From positions 8,544,137 through 8,608,136 of the forward strand of contig JASCQW010000119.1 in NCBI GenBank assembly GCA_030264375.1: DNA of 64,000 bases, in the 5' to 3' direction. Position 1 is the first letter of the stretch. The number at the start of each line of letters is the position of its first letter. The notes below the pieces were generated by a model that worked only from the letters and a program-made list of their open reading frames with translations, was not told where the DNA came from and searched no databases. This document shows, piece by piece, positions 37,921 through 50,277 of this stretch. Position numbers and translations under genes: made by a program. The DNA comes from Carcharhinus longimanus. Lineage: Eukaryota.

Positions 37921-39102
37921 ACCTTCTGATCTCACCTTCTTGAGAAGGTGAGAGGGCATGGGATCCGAGGGCCTTTGGCCTTGTGGATCCAGAACTGGCT
38001 TGCCTGCNNNNNNNNNNNNNNNNNNNNNNNNNNNNNNNNNNNNNNNNNNNNNNNNNNNNNNNNNNNNNNNNNNNNNNNNNNNNNNNNNNNNNNNNNNNNN
38101 NNNNNNNATTATTGATGATCCGTGGGAAGAGCCCTCATAAAAGTGATAAGTGATTCAGACATACGATAAAGTGAAAGAGAGTGGGACTCTGTTGATAGTC
38201 ATTCAATCGAGTGTGTACATTGCCATAACATTGCATGGCCTAATTTCGTGGCTGTGTCAGAAAAGAAAGCTGCAGCACAAATGTTCTGCTAATATGGAAT
38301 GAGAACATACACATTTTATTAAAAGTTTTATTTTCCATTACAGGTTTGCCACAGAGCGAAGACTTACATTTTTGGTAAAATAAGTATGATATTTTCACCC
38401 TCTCAGTTGTCTAAACGGATTTGTAGTAAAATGATTTATCGAAATTACCTGAGTATCCATAACTGGAAAAAAAATCAACCAGATTTTTAGTACAGTGAAA
38501 GTTTTTTTGTTTCGTAGTTCTACAAGTAAAGTGGGCATGGTAATTGATTGGCAAAACTCTCCATATTACAGCCTGATATAGTTGATTTGGCCATGGTACA
38601 CACCATAATGCAGGGTACAGATGTATGGCCGCCATAAGTTTGACAACTATAAAGACACTGGACCTACTGCACGAATTAGGTTAAAAATAAATGCTGCCGA
38701 TGCAAATTCATAAATTTAGTAACACATTCAAACCATGAGTTGTGCTGTAATAATGAAAATAAGATAATTTACAAAGCTATCTCAAAAGTAATTATCAATA
38801 AACGTATATTGCTGCGCTCATAGGTCGGTCTTATAAACTAAAATACATCGAATGGATTTAATAGTTAACCGTCCTCGAATGATCAAGCGACATCCTGAAG
38901 TCAATGAAACATGAGCACATACAAATTACGTGCTTCCGAAACACAAAATGTTAACTCCTTTTCACAAGGGAAATAAATAGTGGACACGGATAAAATGAAA
39001 ACTTCAAGAACATAAATCAAATTTATGGAATGATAAAATAATTATACCAGAAGTAAAAGATCAATACATCAATACATTACTCTGCATTATATTAAATTCA
39101 AT

Positions 39103-39138
39103 GTATGTTTGTGTGTACGTGTGTGTGTGCGTGTGTGA

Positions 39139-39171
<33 letters not shown>

Positions 39172-39205
39172 CGTGTGTATCTGTTTGTATTTTGTGTATG
39201 TGTTT
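39103..39205. repeat. Imperfect (GT)n microsatellite
   Basis: Directly visible. Confidence 0.95.
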
Positions 39206-42077
39206 GATAATTTGCCAATCTGAGGCATTATCATGTTACGTCATAAAATATCAATTGTGATCATACCTTAAAATAAGTGAGACAATTAAATAAAAGTTGC
39301 ATTTGGGAAATTCCGAGCGAAAATTGATCGTATAGCCTAATTATATTGCACCTCATTTGAACACTTTCCCGGGTATCCAACGCTCCATTTGGAGCAGCCA
39401 TTTTTCTGCCACTCATTTCTTCCAGCTTGGTTAGAGCTCGCAATGGATTGTACAAAGGTTAATCTTGCAGCGACAGCACTGAACTCAAAACAAATTTACT
39501 GTCAATCTTATTAAAGAAATGGCCTAGATGCCCTGAAGCACTCATGAAAAAAGCAATTTTCAGAATATTGCAAAAGCCAGAAATGGGTACTGTCCAGAAA
39601 TTTTGTTCGTGCCATGATCCTTCAATTTGGATTTAACTAAAACGACCAGGTGGAATTGCCCAGATAGGAAATGAATTTAATGTATTTCTGTCCACTTAGA
39701 CAAATATTGAAGTTATCAAATTTTGAACGCCAGGGCTAAGAGTATGTGAAGCTATTAGTTCATTATTTTAGTGATACGCAAAAAACGAGATTCTCGGGTT
39801 TTATAGTCCATGCTGACAACATGAAGAGCAGAGTGATACTAATGTTGTGGACTGAATTGTTTGCAAGAATAATAATGTCAAGATTATTACGCATGTTACA
39901 CTTTGACACTGAGAAAAATGCTGTTGTGAAATAGGGGGAAAAACTTTTCATTTCTTAGTGAAATTGCGTCAGCAGCATCCTACGATTAATGCTTCTTGCT
40001 GTCGTGCACGCGATTACGTGATCCAATATGCAATCTTTTTTGAGCAGTAATGAGTGGAGAGTTTTGGCAGTGATCCCCATTGTGGTAAAGGTTAGCGATA
40101 AGTTGTGAATGCATTGGCAATTTGAAAGTAAATTCATATGGGATATAAATTAATATTTGACATTGAACTATCCAATATGCTCGGTGTGATTTGAGGAATA
40201 GCGGAACAAAGCTCGTGGGAAAAAAATGTTTTGAAATTTATTATTTCATTCCAAGGCACAAAATAAAACAAGATCCGAACCCCAGTGCCACTTGTAGACG
40301 ATCCAATGAAGCAGAGGCATATGTTCCAATGTATTTATCTATCGGTCAGAAATGCAGCAGGAGTATTAAAAAAAACTGTCGATGCGCTTAAAAAAATAAG
40401 GAGTGTCATTAAAGAAAAATATAAACAAAGACAATTATTGATACAGTCAGCAGTGCGAGTTGCAACTTTGAATTTGGAAGTCACGAAATTTCGAACGACA
40501 AATGAAAGCATCCTTTGAAATGTAAACGCATGGCTGGCAGTCTTTTTTTCAGCAGTCCAAAGAACGACGAGATTACAAAAATATATAGACTTTTTTTTGA
40601 GATGTCCAACAAACTCTACTCGTATGTTATGGGATTTGATCCACCCTTTTCTTAAACCGTGTCCAATTAGACTGCACTGATCGGATGTTGGGGATTCTTC
40701 ATCAAACACAGACGAATGGATGAGAAAAAAATGGAGTAATAAATTATATAAAATCGAATGTTGTTGAATTTCTAAAGAAATATTTGTAATGGATTTTCAT
40801 GTAGCTTGTGTACTGATTTAGCCTAGAACAAGCTGTATTGTGGGATATGAAGGACAATAACATTTTGCCGTTATTTTCTGGGCACGTCAGCTGATGAGTA
40901 GTTGTAGATGCTAAAATATCACTGTCCAGATTTAATTTGACTTGGGAACGTGGTATCATTGATCAAATGCAATCCATTTTGTGCATCATTTGCCGCAGTG
41001 AATTTGGGCTCGGCTACTGGGGGCAAAGAGCATTGTCACCATGTTTTCCTTGTCAGTACGTTAGTAACATCAATACCCTTCCAACGCACAATGATCTGCG
41101 GATTCGAGTGCAACTTGCTAGCAGTAATGATCCAATGAACGTGCTTCCGTCTTCCATGCATCTGCTGGATTGCTGTGATGCATCATTACGGTGGTCTATG
41201 GTGTGCACCTGTCCACGTTCTTGAATGAGTGAATGCGTTATGTCGGCACAAATCGTCAGCTTGCATTGTCATGAATGTCGCATCACATGCCACGGGCTCA
41301 TATAAAATCACTAAATGACCTTAATTTTCGACTAGTTACTCATGTTAATTATATGGTAGTCCTGACCTCCATCTGTTAAATGGAACCCACCGGTTGTTTT
41401 GATTTTGAATCAACAATAGTAATGCATGCAAAATTCAACAGGAAGTGCCTACATGTGCTGTTTTAGGTGATTGCCATTGCTTTGTTACTCTTTAATGAGG
41501 ATACTACTTCACACCTATCTGGGCATTGTTGGTTGTATTCTACGTCTTGTTCAATATGGGAAGTTTCCTTCAGCGTCACGAGTAGATGATAACGTTGATC
41601 GATGTGCGATCAATACATCAAAAGTTCTTCGGTGGTAATGGAAGAACCATAATAATAAAAAAAATGAAAATAGTTAAGCCAACGTTTTTCGCAAATTACG
41701 ACTCATGCAACAATGCATTGTGACTAAGCTGACTGAAAACGTGCTTTTTTTTGTTTCTTCTGGCGCATTATAAAGTTCAAAAGCTATCAAATGTGCGCAT
41801 GATTCTCATTTACTTTGGCAGATCTTTGGATAACTGTTGAACTGTTATCAAGTCAATAAATGTTGCATATTTTCTTGTGGTTGTTTTTTTTTTACACTTG
41901 GGATGAAGAAATGTGTCCATTCATCACTTGGCGCTCCTGAAGAAAACCAAAAAAATGCACGTGAGATATTTGTTGTTNNNNNNNNNNNNNNNNNNNNNNN
42001 NNNNNNNNNNNNNNNNNNNNNNNNNNNNNNNNNNNNNNNNNNNNNNNNNNNNNNNNNNNNNNNNNNNNNNNNNNNNN

Positions 42078-42212
42078 TTATCTTGAGGCTGTGCCCTCTT
42101 ATCCTGCTGTCCTTTCTGAGCGGGAAAAATCTCTCTACCTCTACCCTATCCATCCCTTTCATTATCTTATATGTTTCGATAAGATCCCCCCTCATCCTTC
42201 TAAAATTTACTA
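42078..42212 (-). mobile_element. Young CR1 fragment abutting a gap
   Basis: FRRMRGDLIETYKIMKGMDRVEVERFFPLRKDSRIRGHSLKI. Confidence 0.95.
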
Positions 42213-44328
42213 GGTACATCTTCTGCTCCGCAAAACAAACATATCAAATAGTGGCGCAGTTATTCTCGGAATGACCAACGCTTTTCGACGAGCTCAGGTG
42301 TAGACAAGCTTTTCCACTTTTTTTTTATTAACGTTGTCCATGATTCAAGGCAAGTGACAACCACCTCTAATGATATTATACGCTGCCCATTGTTTAACTT
42401 GTGAAAGAATATCTTGAAATCAATTTGTGCGAATTTGCATAATTAACACAAAGATTGGGAGCGATGTCACTATCAGCGAACTGGAATGTAAAGGATGAAT
42501 AGTTTGTCTCATCTTTCATTAATCATAACGATGCCCAACCGTGCGATTGATTCCTGGAGGACATTTTTACCTGAAGTGATTGCAAACTTTGTTTTATGAT
42601 CACGAAATTGTAAATATTTATTCAGCGGAAACATAGCGCCATGATGCACGTTATGGATAAAAATTCCGCAGAGTATTTGTTATAGCTGCCACATTCCGAG
42701 GATTATGCCATGAATTCATAGATTTACAGTAGACAATACATCATATAAATTGGACAAGTCTCCTGATCATTGCATGCGGCCAATTCAAGACAGGCAGTGG
42801 TTGTGTTTATATTTTTTTTTCTAAAAAGAAGAATCCTGGGAAAATATATTCCTCGGGTAGACCTATAAGTGTTAGTGACAACCTTTTACAGGATTAAGAG
42901 GAGGTGCAATGCATATCATTATTTCTGAGCATGCTGGTGTACTGCAGCATTACTTTTTGGACATTCAATTGCATATTGTAGATGTAGCATTTAAAACAAT
43001 GTGCCACAAAACATACCAACAACCTTTTCATTTTGTTGTAATATCCTTTGGCAAATTCCATTGTCTTTAACTATTTTGCATGTATGTACTTATTTCAGTT
43101 CCATCCTGAATGCATTCATGAAACAATTGGACTATTGTTCAGATCGAAACAATCTGACAATTCTGCCGTTCTTTTTTTTTTGGTTTGAACAAACGTGACG
43201 AAAAATAATTTGAAGGTTTATGCGATAAGTAAGCTGTCAGGGAGATAAAACTGTGTTGATTTATTGTTTTTTAAATTATTTTTTATATAACATTCTACTC
43301 ATTGTTGAAGAAAATATTAGGCCTGAAGGACTGTACATGGACGTGAATACCTGAAAAAGTTTCCATATGATTATCATGTTACTGGCACTTATTGGGTAAT
43401 CGAAGTTGGCCTCAAGTTTTGTCAACTGCCAATATACTGTGCAGGACCACAGGCACTAACAATAAATCAAGCAATCAGAACGTACCATATTGTTTGTGGA
43501 CACATACTATGAATGAAAAGATAACAATAACGGACCATCGCACAAATCTCATTCCATTTTATCCGCATTAATTTCCACTGTTTTTTTTTGGTGGGGTACT
43601 TTTGAACCAACTTAAATTTGGCTTTAAAAATCATCTTGTTTCATTTATTAGAATTGCCAACATTGAAAAAAATGTGCACGATAGAAGTGATTAATAATAT
43701 TGGCTGGAAAGATAACTGAATCACATTTAAATTTTACAGTCTACACAACGAAATGGAACGTTAGCCTTTGAATCTGTAAGGACTAAGAATGCGTCGAATG
43801 CACCATGAACACTACCCTCTTTGCAAAATGCACAACATAGCAAATATTCAAATGATCGCTGCACATTTGGTGATGTCGCATTAAAAATGATAAATATGCA
43901 AGAAATTTCTGCAGATCGTCAATGCGCACATTATGTTAAAAAGACGGTAACAACATAAATTTCAGTGTGGAAACAATGCCCCATTCTGTGTCATAAGGAT
44001 TCTGTGGTGCAGTTGCTTGAGGCAAACAAGATTTAAATTTGCGAATAGCGATTATAAATTTTGTTGGTGAACCAAACTTCTTAACGTGATGTTATGAAGT
44101 ACCTGAATACATTCAATACACTGAAAGCTCTGCCGCCTGAAAATGTTCTCTGAAATGTAATGGTGACTAATGCAATTGATTTGGCCGCGCCCAGTCACGC
44201 TGTTGAAGTACATATAACACTCAGTCTTTGGGATAGCGATGTTGAAAATGAGTTAGAAATTGATGATGATAGAAAAAAAAATGCAAATTACATGTCATTG
44301 ATTCACGCAAAGAACAGTCTATTATCAG

Positions 44329-44397
44329 CGTGTGATGAACATTTTCATCAACAAATTTTAATGGCGCTCAGTTGTTTTTTGTTGTTGCCGGGGCAAG
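44329..44397 (+). CDS. Candidate signal-peptide exon of an unrecognised micro-exon gene
   Basis: Acceptor TCTATTATCAG| and donor CAAG|GTATGT (phase 1). ATG 44361 gives MALSCFLLLPGQ. An upstream ATG at 44335 is one base out of frame across an A run and would give MNIFINKILMALSCFLLLPGQ. Confidence 0.4.
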
Positions 44398-44452
44398 GTA
44401 TGTGTTGCAGAGTTGCATCTGAGAAGTACGATATTGAAGATTCAGATGAACA

Positions 44453-44877
44453 CAATTTTCACAACTGATTCAGCTTTAGTCGCTTAATGTATGTTGTCAT
44501 TATTGATAAATGCATTAGTTCCACACGATAAATAAGTTGGCTCTGACTGCAGGATAGAAACTGTCAATTCACTGGAGAGTAACTCACATAAAGTGTTCCA
44601 AAAGGTTGCCAAATAACTGCATGTCCCATTCAAAAGCACCAAAACATTTTCTATAAGTATTTGCCCGAGTTCCACTACAACATCAGTCAGGACTATCTAG
44701 CGCACAGACAACAATACATTTGTTTTGATAGTATGTTATGCATTTCACTAGACATTTCACTCACTTACACATAGTCACAATTTTTAAATTGCGTCCGCCG
44801 GGCCAGTATGAATGCTTCTATTACAGATGACGTTGACGACAGCCAACATGAAGTGTGCATGTTACCGTTTAAAACAT
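44453..44877 (+). repeat. Local direct duplication, copy 1 (copy 2 at about 45616-46008)
   Basis: Shared ATTCAGCTTTAGTCGC, CTGCAGGATAGAAACTGTCAATTC, CCAAAACATTTTCTATAAGTATTTG and TTACAGATG. Confidence 0.95.
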
Positions 44878-45082
44878 GAATTATCCTTTTTTTTCATAAA
44901 TCAAGCAAGAACAGTAAGCTTTTTGGAGTAAAGAACTGTTAACACGAAGACTCCTCGGACGTTTCAATTTCAGATGTTTCAATCTACATACACCACAAGA
45001 AATGCTCATCAGTTGAGGTCGTTGTGTCCAGAAAAATTCGGTTGCCTTATCAATGACCTTCTTTCCATCGTAAAACAGAAAT

Positions 45083-45412
45083 GGGGTGGCACGGTAGCAA
45101 AATGGTTAACAAAGCTGCTTCACAGCTCCAGCGATTCCCGGCTTGGGTCACTGCTTGTGTGGAGTTTGCACATTCTCCTGGTGTCTGCATGGGTTTCCTG
45201 CGGGTGCTCCGGTTTCCTCCCACAGTCCAAAGATGTGCGGGTTAGGTTGATTGGCCACGCTAACATTGTCCTTAGTGTCCCGAGATGCGTAGGTTAGAGG
45301 GATAACTGGGTAAATATGTAAGGATATGGGAATAGGGCCAGGGTGGGATTGTGGTCGGTGCAGACTCGATGCCAAATGGCCTCTTTCTGTACTGTAGGGA
45401 TTCTAGATTCTG
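45083..45412 (+). mobile_element. Full-length V-SINE (HE1-like)
   Basis: GTGTGGAGTTTGCACATTCTCCTGGTGTCTGCATGGGTTTCCTGCGGGTGCTCCGGTTTCCTCCCACAGTCCAAAGATGTGC; tail GATTCTAGATTCT. Confidence 0.95.
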
Positions 45413-45615
45413 GGCTTGCATATCAATAAATGGGCAATTTGCAGCATAGGTCTAAGTTCCATGTATAATTCAACAGTGCTTGTCCATATGTAACAAATCC
45501 TCGATAACATTCAGTCTCACTTGGAAATAAGCATGCACATCTCAATTCATGAAAAAATAAATCAATTGCCATCTCCCACAAATTAATCTTTAAAAGTTAA
45601 CACTGTCATTGGATG

Positions 45616-46008
45616 CAATTTCCACAACTCATTCAGCTTTAGTCGCCGAATGTATGTTGTCGTTTAAGATAAATAAGTTGGCTCTTACTGCAGGATAGAA
45701 ACTGTCAATTCTGCGGAGAGTGACTCAAATAAACGATTCCAAAAGATTGTCAAACAACTGCATATCCCATTCAAAAGGACCAAAACATTTTCTATAAGTA
45801 TTTGTCCGAGTTCCACAACAAGAACACTCAGGAATATGTACCGCACAAACAGCGATACATTTGGCTTGATTGTGTCTTATGCATTTCACGAGACATTTCA
45901 CTCACTTTCACATTGTCACATTTTTTAAACTGCATCCGACGGGACAATGTGAATGGTTCTTTTACAGATGGAGCATATTATATGTGTGTATATTTTCGTT
46001 CAAAGCAT
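45616..46008 (+). repeat. Local direct duplication, copy 2
   Basis: See copy 1. Lacks about 22 bp between two GATAAAT microhomologies. Confidence 0.95.
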
Positions 46009-46009
46009 T

Positions 46010-46290
46010 CGGGTTTATGCGGCTGGGCCGAAATTTCTGAGGTCATTTACGAATCAAGTAGTTTCCTCTGGACCCGGTGTTAGACTTCTGGCAGCTCATG
46101 TGAAGATAGTAGAACGCCTTCCTTAAAGGGCATTTGTGATTCAAATTCGCTTTCACAATTGATAGTGGGTTTATTGTAATCTTAAATGTTAAATGCCAGA
46201 TGCATTTTAAATTAATATTCTATGCTTGGATTCGAAGCCATGTCTGTTGGTCTCTGGGTTATTAGTGAAGACGTAATACCGCTCTGAAAC
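46010..46290 (-). mobile_element. SacSINE1/DeuSINE-like SINE, decayed
   Basis: Similar to 28160-28540 (CCTTCCTTAAAGGGCATT, GGATTCGAA, GGTCTCTGGGTTATTAGT). Confidence 0.55.
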
Positions 46291-46699
46291 TTCAAACTTT
46301 CAAGAAGCCATCACGTCACATTTTTCTCAAAGAATGTGAACAGAGTTAACACATTTTGTCCTTCGCAATTTTTGCACAAACACAAGCAAAAATGAAGGCG
46401 ATCAATGGTTTACCATTGTTCTCTAACTCAAAGGACCAAACATGCACTCAGCTATCTCGTTTAATGGCTTGCAGGTCAACCAATAAAGTCTGGATTGTTG
46501 ATTTACCTTTTTTTTCAAGAAAGGAGATGATTTGAAATTAACATTATAAATCTCGCTTTGTTCGATGTTCAGAAGAATGCAAAGTGAATAATTTTGCATG
46601 TGGTGGGAAACTAAAATGCTAACCTGCAAAATTCAGTTCTCCACAAGGTAACCATTGGGAATCTCCTGAAACATTGTTTTTTTTTCCAGCGTAGGAGAG

Positions 46700-46960
46700 A
46701 AGTGGAAGATAAAGGCAATGAGTCGCTTAATCTAACTCATGCTCTCAGCTGTTGGATCAATTAGTATATTGGCATTTTGCTTAAGAAGAGGGGAAAAATA
46801 GCCAAGATGGGAGCAACTTCCGGTCGATAGTGGACAAATGAAAAAAAAACAGTTTGTATGAAATTCAACATGTTTTGATTGAATTTTTGATTCACCTGCT
46901 TTATTTAGAATGGTACGTGCATTAAGGGAGAGTGCCCTTTGTGATTTGACGTTGAAGTGT
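46700..46960 (-). mobile_element. CR1 endonuclease N-terminal fragment
   Basis: ALSLNARTILNKAGE (cf. LYLNARSIxNKxxEL). Confidence 0.55.
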
Positions 46961-47084
46961 GCGACAATCTTCTGTTTCAATACTTTATTTTTTTTCTCTC
47001 TCTTTCTGTGAAATTAGACTCTACCTCATCATCCGTAATGTGTTGTTTTCTTTTTAATTATTCTTAGATTCCTTGTATTAAGGG

Positions 47085-48200
47085 TTTCATAGAATCATAA
47101 AAATTGGGGAAAAATGCTTTGGACGATCAGTCTGCAGTGACACGCAAGAACCAATTTCCCAGTTACCACCACTTGGTCCATAGTTTTGAATGCTCTTAAG
47201 AATCATGTGTTCATCCAGCAGCATTTGAAAAGATATGAGACAACCTGTCTCTACCATTCGACAAACAGGTGCATTCCAGACAATCAAAAACTATTTGGCA
47301 AAAAAAAAATGTTGCTCACATCCCACATCGTCCTAAACCTTCTGCAACTAAACGTTATCAAACGTCCCTTCAAAATCTATTTGGCAACTCGGCGGAACGT
47401 CTCCTCCCATGCATTTTTCCATGTCTTTCATAATCTTGTAGATCTCGATCATGTCATAACTCTTCTCGATCAGAAATAACAGAAGTCTATCAAAAATGCT
47501 TTTGGTAATTTAGTTTTTCCATGTCGGCAGCAACCTGGTAAAACTCCATTGCGCACCTTCCAATGAATTCACATCATTCCGCTTATACGGTGACCAAGCC
47601 CAAGTTTGATTCGATTGTAATCTTGTCAATCCAAACTCAACAATGTCAACTATAACATATATTTGCATGACAAATAGCAGGCGAGCCAGCTCAGGTTCCT
47701 GTAGCGTGCCATTCGACAGTGGCTCCCAATCACGATCACTTTTTTTTTGCTATCACTACTTACCTTCTACAACTCAGAAAAAAAAAATTGAACTCAATTT
47801 ATCAATGTGACCGACTTTGCATGCGTATCTATCTTCTTTATCAGTTCCCCATGTAGTACCTTGTGTGCAGCTCACTGAAGAGACAGTCCCAGCGTGGATC
47901 ATATGCAAAATCTGCCGAGGTACAGATCTCATGTTCTCCAATATTGATCTGACAAGAAACAGGAATCCAAAATTTGCGCTTCAACATCTGAGCGAATTAT
48001 CGATCCCACGAATTGATTTTCCATATATCATGTTTATCCTTGCGAAAATTCCCGCTCCATGTTCTTCATTTCCAGCCCATCTCCTTCCAAGTGCTGTGAA
48101 CAAATTAATTTCTCGTTCTTCTACCTATGTCGGACGAAGTTTCGTGCATCAGTACAACTTGAATTCCGCCCCAGGCCTGATCAAACACCTTGAATCCTGA
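47085..48200 (-). mobile_element. CR1 LINE, decayed
   Basis: Tail CATAGAATCATA reversed; ORF 47087-47287 VWNAPVCRMVETG...LDEHM...YGPSGGNW. Confidence 0.75.
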
Positions 48201-48306
48201 CAGCAGGCAGGCAACAGAAGCATTAACATTTAATACTTAACTTTGGCGGGGTGGGGGTGGTGGGAGGGGGACGTATGCAGCAGACCCTACTCTCCGCTTT
48301 TAGCAT

Positions 48307-48430
48307 AAAAAAACCCACAACACATTCCAAACAGGTTTATTTAAGTGGACTTTAACCTGGTCTTGTGGGGTTTATTTCTGATTCATCCCAGTCCAACGCC
48401 GGCATCTCCACATCATGACTACTTTTGACA
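48307..48430. mobile_element. Collapsed palindromic Penelope-derived mini-insertion with a perfect 13-bp TSD
   Basis: CCGCTTTTAGCAT at 48294-48306 and 48431-48443. The interior has GGACTTTAACCTGG...CCCAGTCCAACGCCGGCATCTCCACATCAT, the reverse complement of about 184-260. Confidence 0.85.
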
Positions 48431-48449
48431 CCGCTTTTAGCATTTCAGT

Positions 48450-49200
48450 CCCTTTCTTCCCTCACTTGAATGATGTCTGCAGGACAGTGTCAAATTGTTT
48501 ACTTCATCCGCACAACTCCCTTTCTAATGGGGAATACAGTTGCACAGCTGTAACCTGACGACACTTGAAATCTCGCATCAAAACATATCTTTGCTCTTTG
48601 GACACGCATCACTTTTCAGCAGAGCAGCTTGTCAACACACCGGTGAATTTATCCCCAAATTAAATTATTCTCCATGTGGATACCTTTGGAGGCATTGTTA
48701 AATGCTGCAAATTCCCCGAGATTCAATCATGTCATTGCAGAAATACAGTCTGGAATGACAAAGTTCCGACTCCTTATGCACAGCCAAAAATGGGGAATTC
48801 GTTTGAAGTCATAATACAGCCGTATTCTCCATGCAGATCAACGGCAGTAACCTCAGAATGTTTGGAAATAAACAGTAGCCAAACATGCAAACGTTTGTCT
48901 AATGAATCTCATTACCAGTCCCCCTGGAAACACCATTTTTGTTAATGAACGCTGAACGAACCATAAGCCCCTTTCACGCAGTTGTAAGTCTTTTTTTTTC
49001 GCATAGCCTGTCCTTTGCTAAAAAAAAACTTCCATGCAACTCACTCACCCCTGCACCCCAACCACAATATGTCCAGACGTACAGTCCTTGATGCATTTCT
49101 GTGTTGCAGCATTAGTTTCCCATCAATGACACTTAACTGAATTTCCTCCGGCCGCAGATATTCCATGCAGAAATATTTCCCTTTTTAACAGAATGGCGTC
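48450..49200 (-). mobile_element. Retroviral pro-RT relic D, very decayed
   Basis: Minus-strand colinear motifs VIDGKLM...ASRTV, IVVGCRG, LAKDRLC (cf. LGRDLL), TNSPFLAVHK (cf. NTPxxPVxK) and GINSPVC*QAAL (cf. GFxNSPxxFxxAL). Confidence 0.45.
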
Positions 49201-49244
49201 CAAATCATTCACATTCTCTGGAAGCTCTTTCTCTGCCGGCACTT

Positions 49245-49452
49245 TCATTTCAGGTTAAAATCCAACAGATTTATTTGGTAGCACGGGGTTCCGGAGCGGT
49301 GCTCTTTCATGAGATGAGAGGCGCTCGTCTGATGAAGGAGCAGCGCTCCGAAAGTTCGTGCTACCAAATAAACGTGTTCGTCTTTAACCTGCTGTTGTGA
49401 GAATACTTGTTCTGCCTTATCCCAGTCCAAAGGACAGCAACTCCACATCGCA
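49245..49452. mobile_element. Short palindromic Penelope-derived element (head-to-head pLTRs)
   Basis: 49250-49315 is the reverse complement of about 49325-49392. Confidence 0.85.
49325..49361 (+). ncRNA. Minimal hammerhead ribozyme motif (stem I decayed)
   Basis: CTGATGA-A-GGAGC-AGC-GCTCC-GAAA-GT-TC-GTG, with a perfect 5-bp stem II. Confidence 0.55.
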
Positions 49453-50277
49453 GCAGTTTTATTATTCACGGGTGTCATGTAATTCAGTTGATCAGCTTCC
49501 TTATGTTCGATAAGCAACTCAGCTTTTTTCAACAAGTTGTTTTCCATTTAAATCCCGTGAATGGAATGCACGCTGAACACATTGAAAGCACTCAGGGCGA
49601 AACTCTGAAAAACAGCTTTTCCCATCTTTGCATTTTCTTAAATTGCAACGTGAAGGTTGAAATAGATGGATACATATTTACTATTTTTGGTGTGATTCAA
49701 ATCATGCCGCTTTTAATAGAGTCGTGTGTTTAAAATAAGATGAAATTTTCATTGCTTGAAAGGCAGTCAAGCCGAACGGACGTCTGGAACATGGTCTTGA
49801 ATGTAGGTGGCTGTGTGTGTGTGCGGTAAGGGGAGCGTGCAGCGTGAATTCTACAATTCTCAACACTTACAATTCTATAGCAGCATTCCTCCAGGTGACT
49901 AGATCATTATCTATGGCTAACTGAACAATGTAACACAGCCAATAGAAACGCAAGATGCACGTTTGAGTGATCTTTTTCAGTAAGTCAACGTTTATGAACT
50001 TCGCCTCAATCCCGCTCAAGATTTTTGCCTCAGGAAACCTTTTTTTTTTTGCGTAACCGCCTTTTACAAATTCCAGTTGTAGGCATGTACCCATTTTTTA
50101 TTTGTAATTCTGATATGAACTATAATAATAATAATAAAAATCCTTCCTTCAAACAAACTCCCAGGTACTTTGATAATTCACATCGTACGTATATTTCTTA
50201 TACAATAGCAGCACAAATACACACATTGAAAATAAGCAGCCATGCACGAATGAGAGTCGTGCCGACCAGGAAAGATG

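Noticed and set aside
36077-38374. Strong acceptors and short exon-like segments (36077, 36362-36407, 38344-38374)
   Set aside because: Lengths are not frame-symmetric and give no coherent peptide. They could be UTR exons, but this is unsupported.
44160-44468. 102-aa acidic ORF as a single-exon gene
   Set aside because: No family resemblance; only the internal splice-bounded part (44329-44397) is supported.
45083-45160. tRNA genes at SINE heads
   Set aside because: A/B-box-like heads are followed by V-domains and do not fold as complete tRNAs.
46690-46714. Possible micro-exon RRREVEDK that would restore phase after 44827-44852
   Set aside because: It needs a weak non-canonical GC donor (AAG|GCAATG) and overlaps the edge of an antisense CR1 fragment.
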